64,000 nt of DNA, from NCBI RefSeq assembly GCF_003991155.1, contig NZ_CP031293.1; one strand, given 5' to 3'. Of this stretch, positions 1 through 8,336 are shown piece after piece. Origin of the DNA: Escherichia coli. Lineage in GTDB: Bacteria; Pseudomonadota; Gammaproteobacteria; Enterobacterales; Enterobacteriaceae. Under the pieces are notes generated by a model, which worked only from the letters and a program-made list of their open reading frames with translations, was not told the origin of the DNA and did no database searches. The stretch's first letter is position 1. Each line of letters begins with the position of its first letter. Both the position numbers and the translations under genes were made by a program.

Positions 1-118
1 TCTCTACCCTGCTTAATGCTGTTAGAGAAGCATTTAGACCCCTTATTTTTAATTACCTAAAGTATCCTCTATACATCTCTGTTATGAAACACCTCTGAAT
101 CCTTCATAAAACACATTA

Positions 119-178
119 TGACGCAAAGAACACTTTTCTAAGGTGATTCCCTTCCTGAACTCTGTTTCTTGCGTCAGA
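119..178. repeat. Imperfect inverted repeat (TGACGCAA...TTGCGTCA arms, about 30-bp spacer)
   Basis: Read directly: tgacgcaaagaacac at 119-133 and ctgtttcttgcgtca at 164-178; the outer 8 bp are perfectly complementary. Confidence 0.5.
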
Positions 179-180
179 GA

Positions 181-300
181 GCTACACAGAGAGCTTATAA
201 AGCTATTATTAATAATAAAGTAGATAAAGTAAGTAAGATAAGTAAGAAGATTAACTAAGATAGATAAGATTAATAAGATCAGAATTCTCTTTCGGTGTCG
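181..300. repeat. Purine-rich low-complexity tract of degenerate AAGATA/AAGTA units
   Basis: Read directly: aagtagataaagtaagtaagataagtaagaagattaactaagatagataagattaataagatc. Confidence 0.5.
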
Positions 301-323
301 CCTCTGGCTTTTCCACCGAAAAC

Positions 324-474
324 AATTACACGACTACAGAATGTAGGAAGTGAAATTGTATTGAGGCTTAGTGAAATTACACGAGGAAAGCAGAGTGTAA
401 TTGAGCTTTAGCCGCTCTCTCTTCGAGTAATTACACAACTACAGAGAATAACAGAGTTATTAAATGTAGGAGGG
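324..474. repeat. Direct repeats AATTACAC(G/A)ACTACAGA ... ATGTAGGA(A/G)G, with extra AATTACAC / GTGTAATT copies forming a short palindrome
   Basis: Copies at 324-350 and 428-474; inverted arms aattacac / gtgtaatt within 371-406. Confidence 0.5.
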
Positions 475-883
475 TAATTAAGAGTTAGAGAGAGTTAACA
501 CGTAAGCAATCAGATGATTGGTTAGGTGATTACTCTTACTGCGCACAGCGCAATAGTATTCCTTCGTGGGCGTTACCGCCAACGATAGTTACACGAAGAA
601 AGTAACGCTTTGCTTTCGGTGTGAGCGGAACGGGCCAGCCACAAAGCCCGAAAGGTAGCGGAGTAAGGCTGCTTGCCAGAGAGTGGAGCTAACGCCGGAA
701 GGCAAAAGATCATATATATAGTATAAAGAATATTATTTAATTATAGTATTGGTGGAACTCATTACCTAAGGTAAACCGGAGACCACTTCCAACGGTTAGG
801 CAACCACTTCCAATTGTGTTATTTCCCCTTTTACCCTAAGTAAATTTTAGCCTTTCGTTACATCCATTTATCACATAGCACTT

Positions 884-1018
884 ACCCTGTGTAAATCATA
901 GAATAATGCTCTCTATTCCCTGTGTAATTCCATACTAAAAAATTCAATGAAAAGTAGTTTAAAAGTGCAATGTTAGCTTTCTTCACTTTTACATCACTTT
1001 CGCTGCGCCTTGTGTAAT
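884..1018. repeat. Three direct copies of a CCYTGTGTAAW motif (iteron or operator-like)
   Basis: ccctgtgtaaat (884-895), ccctgtgtaatt (918-929), ccttgtgtaatg (1007-1018). Confidence 0.45.
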
Positions 1019-1312
1019 GCGGCTTACAGAGCACTATCAGAAATTATTGATCAAAAATCAACCTATTATTTGTCGAACAAGTTTTCTTTAATGCAACAAA
1101 AATTATTTTTTCAAAATAAACACACAATTTAATAGCTTGCTAATTTTACCAAAATGTAACTACATGATTCTCATGCAAGAAGTGTAGTGATAAGGCAGGC
1201 TAAATCACCACACTAAAAAACTTCGAATTTCGTAGTGAAAAAAGTACTTTACACACCTAATCAACACGCCCAATAATCACTACACACAAATCAATACAGA
1301 AGAAAAAAGAAG

Positions 1313-1864
1313 ATGGCTAATATTGGATACATTAGGGTATCGACTGTGCAACAAAACACAGACCGTCAATTAGCAGGAGTAACTCTTGATAAAGTCTTTG
1401 AAGATAAAGCGTCAGGCAAGAACACTCAGCGCCCACAGTTTGAGGCAATGATGAACTATGTGCGGGAGGGTGACGTGTTACACGTCCATAGTATTGATCG
1501 CCTTTGTCGTAATACAGCCGACCTTCTGGCAACTGTAGAGCAATTAACAAAGCGCGGCGTGTCTGTGCATTTCCATAAAGAAGACTTTAAGACAGGAAAG
1601 AACTCTCCCGCAGGGAATATGATGCTCACAGTTCTTGCAGCAGTGGCACAAATGGAACGTGAAATGATGCTTGAGCGTCAACGTGAAGGGATCGCCGCAG
1701 CCAAGGCCGCTGGACGTATAGCAAAACGTGGTAATGGAAAAGCAATTGATCGAGCGGGAATTGCTGCCGCTCTCGCGAATGGTGGCTCAATTCGGAGCGT
1801 AGCAAAAGATTTCAGTGTCAGCACGCAGACGGTGCAACGTATCAAGAAAGAGCAGGTGGCGTAA
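1313..1864 (+). CDS. Small serine recombinase (resolvase/invertase family)
   Basis: 183 aa. N-terminal IGYIRVSTVQQ motif with the catalytic Ser typical of serine recombinases; C-terminal helix-turn-helix (SIRSVAKDFSVSTQTVQRI). Confidence 0.8.
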   Translation: MANIGYIRVSTVQQNTDRQLAGVTLDKVFEDKASGKNTQRPQFEAMMNYVREGDVLHVHSIDRLCRNTADLLATVEQLTKRGVSVHFHKEDFKTGKNSPAGNMMLTVLAAVAQMEREMMLERQREGIAAAKAAGRIAKRGNGKAIDRAGIAAALANGGSIRSVAKDFSVSTQTVQRIKKEQVA

Positions 1865-2030
1865 TGCCTCCTTGATATTTGACAGGGACGGTCGGCAAAA
1901 ATCGGGGCTTGCTGATCTCAGCGTTGAGCGGTTCTTGCAATGGTGCCTAGGTGCTCGCTTGTATTCCCCTTCGATAATCACCACTAAGCCACTTATTGCC
2001 TTGTGGAGTGGCCCGAAAATTACTGATATC

Positions 2031-2495
2031 TTATTGATTCAGTCGATCCCATTTAACCGCAGATACAATTCCCCAATTACCACTAGCATTAGGCCTACGC
2101 CACTTCGCGGTTTCCATTCCACGAAGGTATTCGAGAGCTTCATTGAACGAACTGAAACGTTTCTGGGCTGATTTTTCCCCTACTCTAAACGAACCATCGC
2201 GAGTACTTGCCAATCCTGGATGAAAACACGACCCATCTGCAGCATAAGGAACAAGTACCTCCTGATCATCAGGTTTCCTTGAATCAGAAGCCAGTAACTG
2301 CCAAGGCTCAATACGCAAAGCGTCAGCCAGAACCTCAATTGCATCAAGAGATGCATTAGAGCAACCACGCTCAATTCGACTCATATAACTACGTGCAAAA
2401 CCACACCGATCTGCAAAGGCCTCTTGGCTTAAGCCAATAGCTATACGGAACTCTTTTACTCGTTGTCCAAAAAGGTATCTCAGATTCTTTCGCAT
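2031..2495 (-). CDS. XRE-family helix-turn-helix regulator with an uncharacterised C-terminal domain
   Basis: Start trimmed to MRKNLRY. HTH segment IGLSQEAFADRCGFARSYMSRIERG is Cro/CI-like; divergent from the downstream secreted-protein gene. Confidence 0.7.
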   Translation of the reverse strand: MRKNLRYLFGQRVKEFRIAIGLSQEAFADRCGFARSYMSRIERGCSNASLDAIEVLADALRIEPWQLLASDSRKPDDQEVLVPYAADGSCFHPGLASTRDGSFRVGEKSAQKRFSSFNEALEYLRGMETAKWRRPNASGNWGIVSAVKWDRLNQ

Positions 2496-2605
2496 GGCAC
2501 AAAGATGCAATTTGACGCACCAATTAACCACGCACTAATCGTGACATTTTGAATCAATCATGTATTATTAGCATCACCATCCATTTGACACACCAAGGGA
2601 GACAA

Positions 2606-2953
2606 ATGAAAAAACTAGTATTTGCCGCTTTGTTAATTCCAGTGATGGGCCACGCCACAACCTTTTCCTGTAAAGCAATACAGGAAGGTCATATTGACTC
2701 GGGAAGTCAGAAAGTTTCTGTAGATTCAACTTTTGATATACAAGATAAAAAAATGACCATAAATCTTGGCGGTAAAACTTGGAGACTTGATTTGGTAGGT
2801 CAAAAAAGCATCGCAAAGATGTATGCTACACCTGACGGAGGGGTTGCAGCCACATACATTGACAATGGCAGTATACCGATATTTGTATTACGCCCTTCTA
2901 ATCCCGATGGGGAGATGGCTGTTTACACATTGAGTATGTGTTCTGAAGTATGA
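2606..2953 (+). CDS. Small exported protein of unknown function
   Basis: Start trimmed to MKKLVFAALLIPVMGHA, a signal-peptide-like N-terminus. No recognisable domain. Confidence 0.5.
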   Translation: MKKLVFAALLIPVMGHATTFSCKAIQEGHIDSGSQKVSVDSTFDIQDKKMTINLGGKTWRLDLVGQKSIAKMYATPDGGVAATYIDNGSIPIFVLRPSNPDGEMAVYTLSMCSEV

Positions 2954-3030
2954 TTGATCGGCGTGATATTCACGCCGTTTTTGGGGAAATTTGTATATTG
3001 AAAAATATAGAAATAGAACTTTTATCAAGC

Positions 3031-3756
3031 CTATTTATTAACAGGTAGTAATGTCAGATCGCCATAATGGGCTTGTCTATGGCAATTAGGACATAATGCA
3101 ATAGCATTTTCCACAGAGTCCTCCCCCCCCTTTGAAAGCCACTCAATATGATGAACTTCTAGAAATGGAGTACCATCTTCCTTTAGAAAAGGAGCATCTC
3201 GCTTACAATATTGACATTTTCCATTTGCACTCAAAAGAACTTCAGCAACTACATATGGGCTTCGTTTATAAACTCGTGTTGTTACTTCGATTAGTTCCGG
3301 GATTTTACTTTCTGTCGCTAAAATTTGCTTTCGTTCCACTGAAGATAATTTTGCAGCCGTCTCAACAGCTTCTTCGAAAACCGATTTTACTTGACGATAA
3401 CGCCACATCCCTTCTAAATCCTGGTATAATTCCCAAATACCGTGCACAGATGGTTGATAGATTTCAAAAATATTTCCACGCTTGAACAATCGGTCATACT
3501 TATGATGCCGATGAGTTACATCATCAGTTCGTCGGGCAGTTTTGTTGAAACTCCAGTAGCTCCGCTTACAATTAACTGTATTAGCAATTAAATTGAGCCA
3601 AGTATTATCTTTATAAGATGGAAATAGCTTTCTAAGATAATCATCTACCTGCTTAGCCGTTGCAGCCCCACCAAACTGATTAGCAATTATCTGTATGGTA
3701 ATAGCTCTTATCGGTTGATCGCCATACTTGTATTTTTTGCCTAAATTTTTAACCAT
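3031..3756 (-). CDS. McrA-like HNH endonuclease; candidate modification-dependent (type IV) restriction nuclease
   Basis: C-terminal CQYC...LEVHHIEWLSKGGEDSVENAIALCPNCHRQAH is an HNH motif with paired Cys zinc ligands. N-terminal roughly 150 aa unassigned. Confidence 0.6.
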   Translation of the reverse strand: MVKNLGKKYKYGDQPIRAITIQIIANQFGGAATAKQVDDYLRKLFPSYKDNTWLNLIANTVNCKRSYWSFNKTARRTDDVTHRHHKYDRLFKRGNIFEIYQPSVHGIWELYQDLEGMWRYRQVKSVFEEAVETAAKLSSVERKQILATESKIPELIEVTTRVYKRSPYVVAEVLLSANGKCQYCKRDAPFLKEDGTPFLEVHHIEWLSKGGEDSVENAIALCPNCHRQAHYGDLTLLPVNK

Positions 3757-3884
3757 AGAAGACTCACTAAGCCTAAATTCATCTTAAGTTATTATTGTAA
3801 ATTAGTTGTGAAAATTTTTGATCTCAGACAATAAAAATCTACAAATTATTAGCTGGTTATACACTAAGAAGGATACACGAATAA

Positions 3885-5192
3885 CTAAGTCTCCCAACAA
3901 AGACCATCGATCACATAACAAACGGTGGAAAGTGGGAATGTGTGCAGATAACGCTGGGTAATCCCTACTCCACTCTTTTCATGACCTACCACCTGTTGCA
4001 GATGCGCCAAATTACTCACCCAACCAGCTAAACAAGTAGAAATCATAGTATGCCGGAAACTATGCACCAAGCGCCGCTGCCCATAATCATCAAGATAAGG
4101 AATATCAAGCTGATCACGAACATCTGAAAGAACTTTACCTATCTTTGACATATTTCGACCTGAGACTTCCGAAAAGATTTTCTCTTTCCATTGGCGGTTA
4201 ACAAAATCCAGAAACCCCCACTCAATCAGTTTGGGATGAATCACTACCTGTCTTGTAGCATTCTCAGTTTTACCCAGCCTTCTTTCCGCGATCAGAAGAT
4301 AGTGCCGCTGGCTATCTTCATCAAATTTGATCTGCGACTTCTCCAGTTTAGCAATCTCACCTCTTCTGGCTCCTGTGTACGCCAACAACAAAGTGATCCA
4401 CTTCTGCCATCCATCAGGCTGCTTTAGTGCCCATCCTACAAATTTTTTCATTTCTGCTGCACTGTATGCACCAAACCTAGCTTTGGATGGTGCCGCTACT
4501 ATTCCATCAGTCGGAGACTTAGATAGAATATCTTTGTTTTCAGTCAGAAATGTTTTGAATAACGATTTGTAGATTTTAAGGTGCTTATGTACAGCCTCAG
4601 CACCAACTAAATCCTCTGGCAGCACATCATCACATTCGATTAGTTGCTGAATAGTCATTGACCTATACGGTTGCACTACACGCTTTGGTAAGTTTTCGAC
4701 AGTTTCCATTACTCGCTTAATATCTTGTTTGGTGATTGCCGTTACGTCTGTTTCTTTTCCCAAGACAACAAGCAATACCTCCATATAACGCTCATTTGCC
4801 ATTGAGATCGATTTTGTCCAATTTCGACCTCTTTCCTCCTTGTACATAGCCCACGCATCAGCAAGTGTTAGCACCTTTTCCGGTTTGGCTGGTGGTTGAA
4901 GCTGCAAAACTTCTTTAGAAATATTGTTCAATTGCTGAGGGAGTGGCAACGGAATCATTACGTTACGTGACGAAGCGATCAAGTTTGAAACAAACTTATT
5001 AAATTGTGGCAACGGAGTAGCGAGTGATTTAACGAAAGGAATGTGCGGAGTAAGGCCAATCATCAACGCCGATGCTTCGCGATAACTGTCAGTAAAAAGT
5101 GATTTTTTGTATATCCGACCATCCGAAAGCCGGATTTGTAGATAGTAATTACCGTTTCGCTGAAATGTGTATGGGAGAGTTCTTGACCTCAT
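3885..5192 (-). CDS. Tyrosine recombinase / integrase
   Basis: C-terminal catalytic signature (ARRGE, HSFRHT, VGHEK, TQRYLH). Start chosen at the internal Met (MRSRTLPY) because the first Met lacks an upstream ribosome-binding site. Confidence 0.8.
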   Translation of the reverse strand: MRSRTLPYTFQRNGNYYLQIRLSDGRIYKKSLFTDSYREASALMIGLTPHIPFVKSLATPLPQFNKFVSNLIASSRNVMIPLPLPQQLNNISKEVLQLQPPAKPEKVLTLADAWAMYKEERGRNWTKSISMANERYMEVLLVVLGKETDVTAITKQDIKRVMETVENLPKRVVQPYRSMTIQQLIECDDVLPEDLVGAEAVHKHLKIYKSLFKTFLTENKDILSKSPTDGIVAAPSKARFGAYSAAEMKKFVGWALKQPDGWQKWITLLLAYTGARRGEIAKLEKSQIKFDEDSQRHYLLIAERRLGKTENATRQVVIHPKLIEWGFLDFVNRQWKEKIFSEVSGRNMSKIGKVLSDVRDQLDIPYLDDYGQRRLVHSFRHTMISTCLAGWVSNLAHLQQVVGHEKSGVGITQRYLHTFPLSTVCYVIDGLCWET

Positions 5193-5385
5193 AAACGCCC
5201 CCTTTTTGTACCTTAACAGCATGATTTATGGTCAAAAAGAGATACAACCACATAATTTTCAAGACTATTTTGGCCCCCTACGCTGGCATTATCCAGATCA
5301 GGTGATACGGGTATTTCTCAGCCTTCACGCAGAAGGGCACCCCGAGTCGTTTGGTTGCGATGATAAATCGCAAAGGAGGATGGTA

Positions 5386-5460
5386 ATGTCCAGCGCACGC
5401 GTTGTAAACGAGGAAAAACGGCAGTTTTACAATCGCGTTAATAAATTATTTGATATATGA
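5386..5460 (+). CDS. Candidate 24-aa small ORF with a strong ribosome-binding site
   Basis: AAGGAGG at 5373-5379, then ATG at 5386 ([24 protein letters not shown]). Its 3' end overlaps the 3' end of rcnR convergently. Speculative. Confidence 0.2.
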
Positions 5461-5718
5461 ATCCAGCACCTTCAGAACGACATCCAGATCTTCTTCACGT
5501 TTTAGCTCATCCCCCTGGTGAACGATGTGTTCCGTCAGATGACCTTTAATCACTTCCCGCATCAGACCGTTTACCGCGCCACGGATAGCAGCAATCTGTT
5601 GTAAAACTGCAGCGCATTCGTGCGGCTCGTCGAGCATTTTCTTGAGCGCCACGACCTGGCCCTGAATCTTACTGGCACGCGCTTTCAGTTTCTGTTTATC
5701 ACGGATGGTATGAGACAT
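5446..5718 (-). CDS. rcnR: Ni/Co-responsive transcriptional repressor RcnR (CsoR/FrmR family)
   Basis: 90 aa, recognised as RcnR; divergent from rcnA with the operator in between. Confidence 0.95.
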
Positions 5719-5766
5719 GGCAACACCTGGTTAACAAGAATATGAAAAATCATAGCACTATTAATC

Positions 5767-5801
5767 TACTGGGGGGTAGTATCAGGTACTGGGGGGGAGT
5801 A
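5767..5801. promoter_or_regulatory. RcnR operator: two TACT-G6/7-N-AGTA sites in the rcnR-rcnA intergenic region
   Basis: tactggggggtagta (5767-5781) and tactgggggggagta (5787-5801), matching the known G-tract operator architecture. Confidence 0.75.
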
Positions 5802-5838
5802 GAATCAGATTGCCGAATTAATACTAAGAATTATTATC

Positions 5839-6648
<810 letters not shown>

Positions 6649-6866
6649 CTCAATCCTTTAGGCTTGCATGTTATCTTCAGCCCAGGATGATTCTTAAATC
6701 AGCTATTTCCGCTGACTCTCTGCTCGCTAAGGATGCTTTTAGGGCATCCTTTCATTTACACTTTTTACGAAATCATGGGATCACTAACAAAATATCGCTT
6801 GTCAGTTATATTGTATGGCAGGAAAGATATGCGACTGATATTACAGATCCCCAAAGTGGAGAGTTT

Positions 6867-7205
6867 ATGACCATTAAAAATAAGATGTTGCTGGGTGCGC
6901 TTTTGCTGGTTACCAGTGCCGCCTGGGCCGCACCAGCCACCGCGGGTTCGACCAATACCTCGGGAATTTCTAAGTATGAGTTAAGCAGTTTCATTGCTGA
7001 CTTTAAGCATTTCAAACCAGGTGACACCGTACCAGAAATGTACCGTACCGATGAGTACAACATTAAGCAGTGGCAGTTACGTAACCTGCCCGCGCCTGAT
7101 GCCGGGACGCACTGGACCTATATGGGTGGCGCGTACGTGTTGATCAGCGACACCGACGGTAAAATCATTAAAGCCTACGACGGTGAGATTTTTTATCATC
7201 GCTAA
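6867..7205 (+). CDS. rcnB: Periplasmic Ni/Co homeostasis protein RcnB
   Basis: Start trimmed to MTIKNKMLLGALLLVTSAAWA (signal peptide), 112 aa; the longer ORF-track start is an upstream extension. Confidence 0.9.
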   Translation: MTIKNKMLLGALLLVTSAAWAAPATAGSTNTSGISKYELSSFIADFKHFKPGDTVPEMYRTDEYNIKQWQLRNLPAPDAGTHWTYMGGAYVLISDTDGKIIKAYDGEIFYHR

Positions 7206-7210
7206 AAAAA

Positions 7211-7231
7211 GCCCCCTCGGAGAGAGGGGGA
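7211..7231. terminator. GC hairpin between convergent rcnB and yehA
   Basis: ccccctc / gaggggg stem with ggaga loop; the A-run at 7204-7210 is a U-run for the minus-strand yehA transcript. Confidence 0.6.
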
Positions 7232-7286
7232 AATGCAAACACCTTGTTATTTTTTATTATTAGCCACTTGCTCGTCTTGCTTATTA

Positions 7287-8321
7287 TTAGTCGTATTTCA
7301 CATTGATTAATGCGGTTGCCTCCAGTGCGCCAGATTTAACTTTGTTTGTATCGTAAACGTAGTAACTGGCCGTTATCGGAATTGAAACCGTTGTATCTGT
7401 AAGTTTTGACTTTGCCGCAATTTCTTTTAAATTTGTATATCCTTTACTGCTGTTAGTGATATTTAAAAGTGTGACTGGCGTACCATTACTTTCAAGAATA
7501 AATCCTACGCCATTATCTTCCGCACCTTTCAGGATCGTGTTGCTGTTGGTTAACAAGTCAGAACTTGATAAATACACCTGCATTTTCCGTGATGTTTGAT
7601 TTTGTTGACCTAATAAGTTTTTACAACGCAGAACAATATCCCCTTTGTTACTATTTATTGTTGCTTTGTTACCTGTAGCTGGTAATTGTGAAACGGGAAT
7701 ACTCTCTAACGTAATTAATAAATCGTCCGGTTTGCAGGTTGTGGTTATCGGGTTGTATGACAATGTCAGATTAAAGGAATAGACACCTGCATTTTGTGCC
7801 AATGCATTTCTGTAGCTATTTACACATGCATCCCATGACTTGCCACCGAATAAACACAGTAAAAATTGTACTGCAGCACTCCCGCGTGTCGATGATGAAG
7901 CACTGGATAATGTCGCAACACCATTAATCATCACTGAACCGCCGCCCCCCGCAGAAACATTCACTTTTGCATTACTGGCCGCAGGTGTCACCGTTACCGA
8001 ATAACCACTGGTGAAACTGGTCTGAGTATTTGACAACGTGATGTTGTTTTTATTGGTCCATTCAAAATGTAAATTTAATTTAATGGTATCGTTATAAAGT
8101 CCAACAATAATATCCGACGGGCTCATAGGGGTGATAGTATTTGTACTCACGCATGACGAATCATTAAAATTATGCTCATATGTCGCCATTTGTGTTTGAG
8201 TAAGTGCAAAATCCCCCTGAACAACCAAATTGTGCTGAACAGATAACTCACTATAACATGCTGCATAGCTCACAGGCATAACCATCATTATTAATATAAA
8301 TAGCATTATGCGAATTTCCAT
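7287..8321 (-). CDS. yehA: Fimbrial adhesin-like protein YehA
   Basis: 344 aa, signal peptide; last gene of the yehDCBA operon. Confidence 0.9.
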   Translation of the reverse strand: MEIRIMLFILIMMVMPVSYAACYSELSVQHNLVVQGDFALTQTQMATYEHNFNDSSCVSTNTITPMSPSDIIVGLYNDTIKLNLHFEWTNKNNITLSNTQTSFTSGYSVTVTPAASNAKVNVSAGGGGSVMINGVATLSSASSSTRGSAAVQFLLCLFGGKSWDACVNSYRNALAQNAGVYSFNLTLSYNPITTTCKPDDLLITLESIPVSQLPATGNKATINSNKGDIVLRCKNLLGQQNQTSRKMQVYLSSSDLLTNSNTILKGAEDNGVGFILESNGTPVTLLNITNSSKGYTNLKEIAAKSKLTDTTVSIPITASYYVYDTNKVKSGALEATALINVKYD

Positions 8322-8336
8322 AGAACCACCTGACTA

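Larger units (their letters stand above)
1..5300. mobile_element. Right-hand portion of an integrative island (integrase-proximal end); left boundary lies outside the window
   Basis: Contiguous block of tyrosine integrase, HNH nuclease, XRE regulator and serine recombinase plus a 1.3-kb ORF-free AT-rich repeat region, immediately beside the conserved rcnR gene. Exact att boundaries not determined. Confidence 0.6.

Noticed and set aside
1-1312. Retron non-coding RNA or group II intron
   Set aside because: No reverse transcriptase gene follows; the adjacent gene is a serine recombinase. A non-coding RNA of another kind is not excluded.
5167-5460. 97-aa plus-strand ORF spanning the integrase start and the island boundary
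   Set aside because: Its 5' part overlaps the integrase coding sequence and has no ribosome-binding site; only the last 24 codons with their own RBS were kept as a low-confidence candidate.
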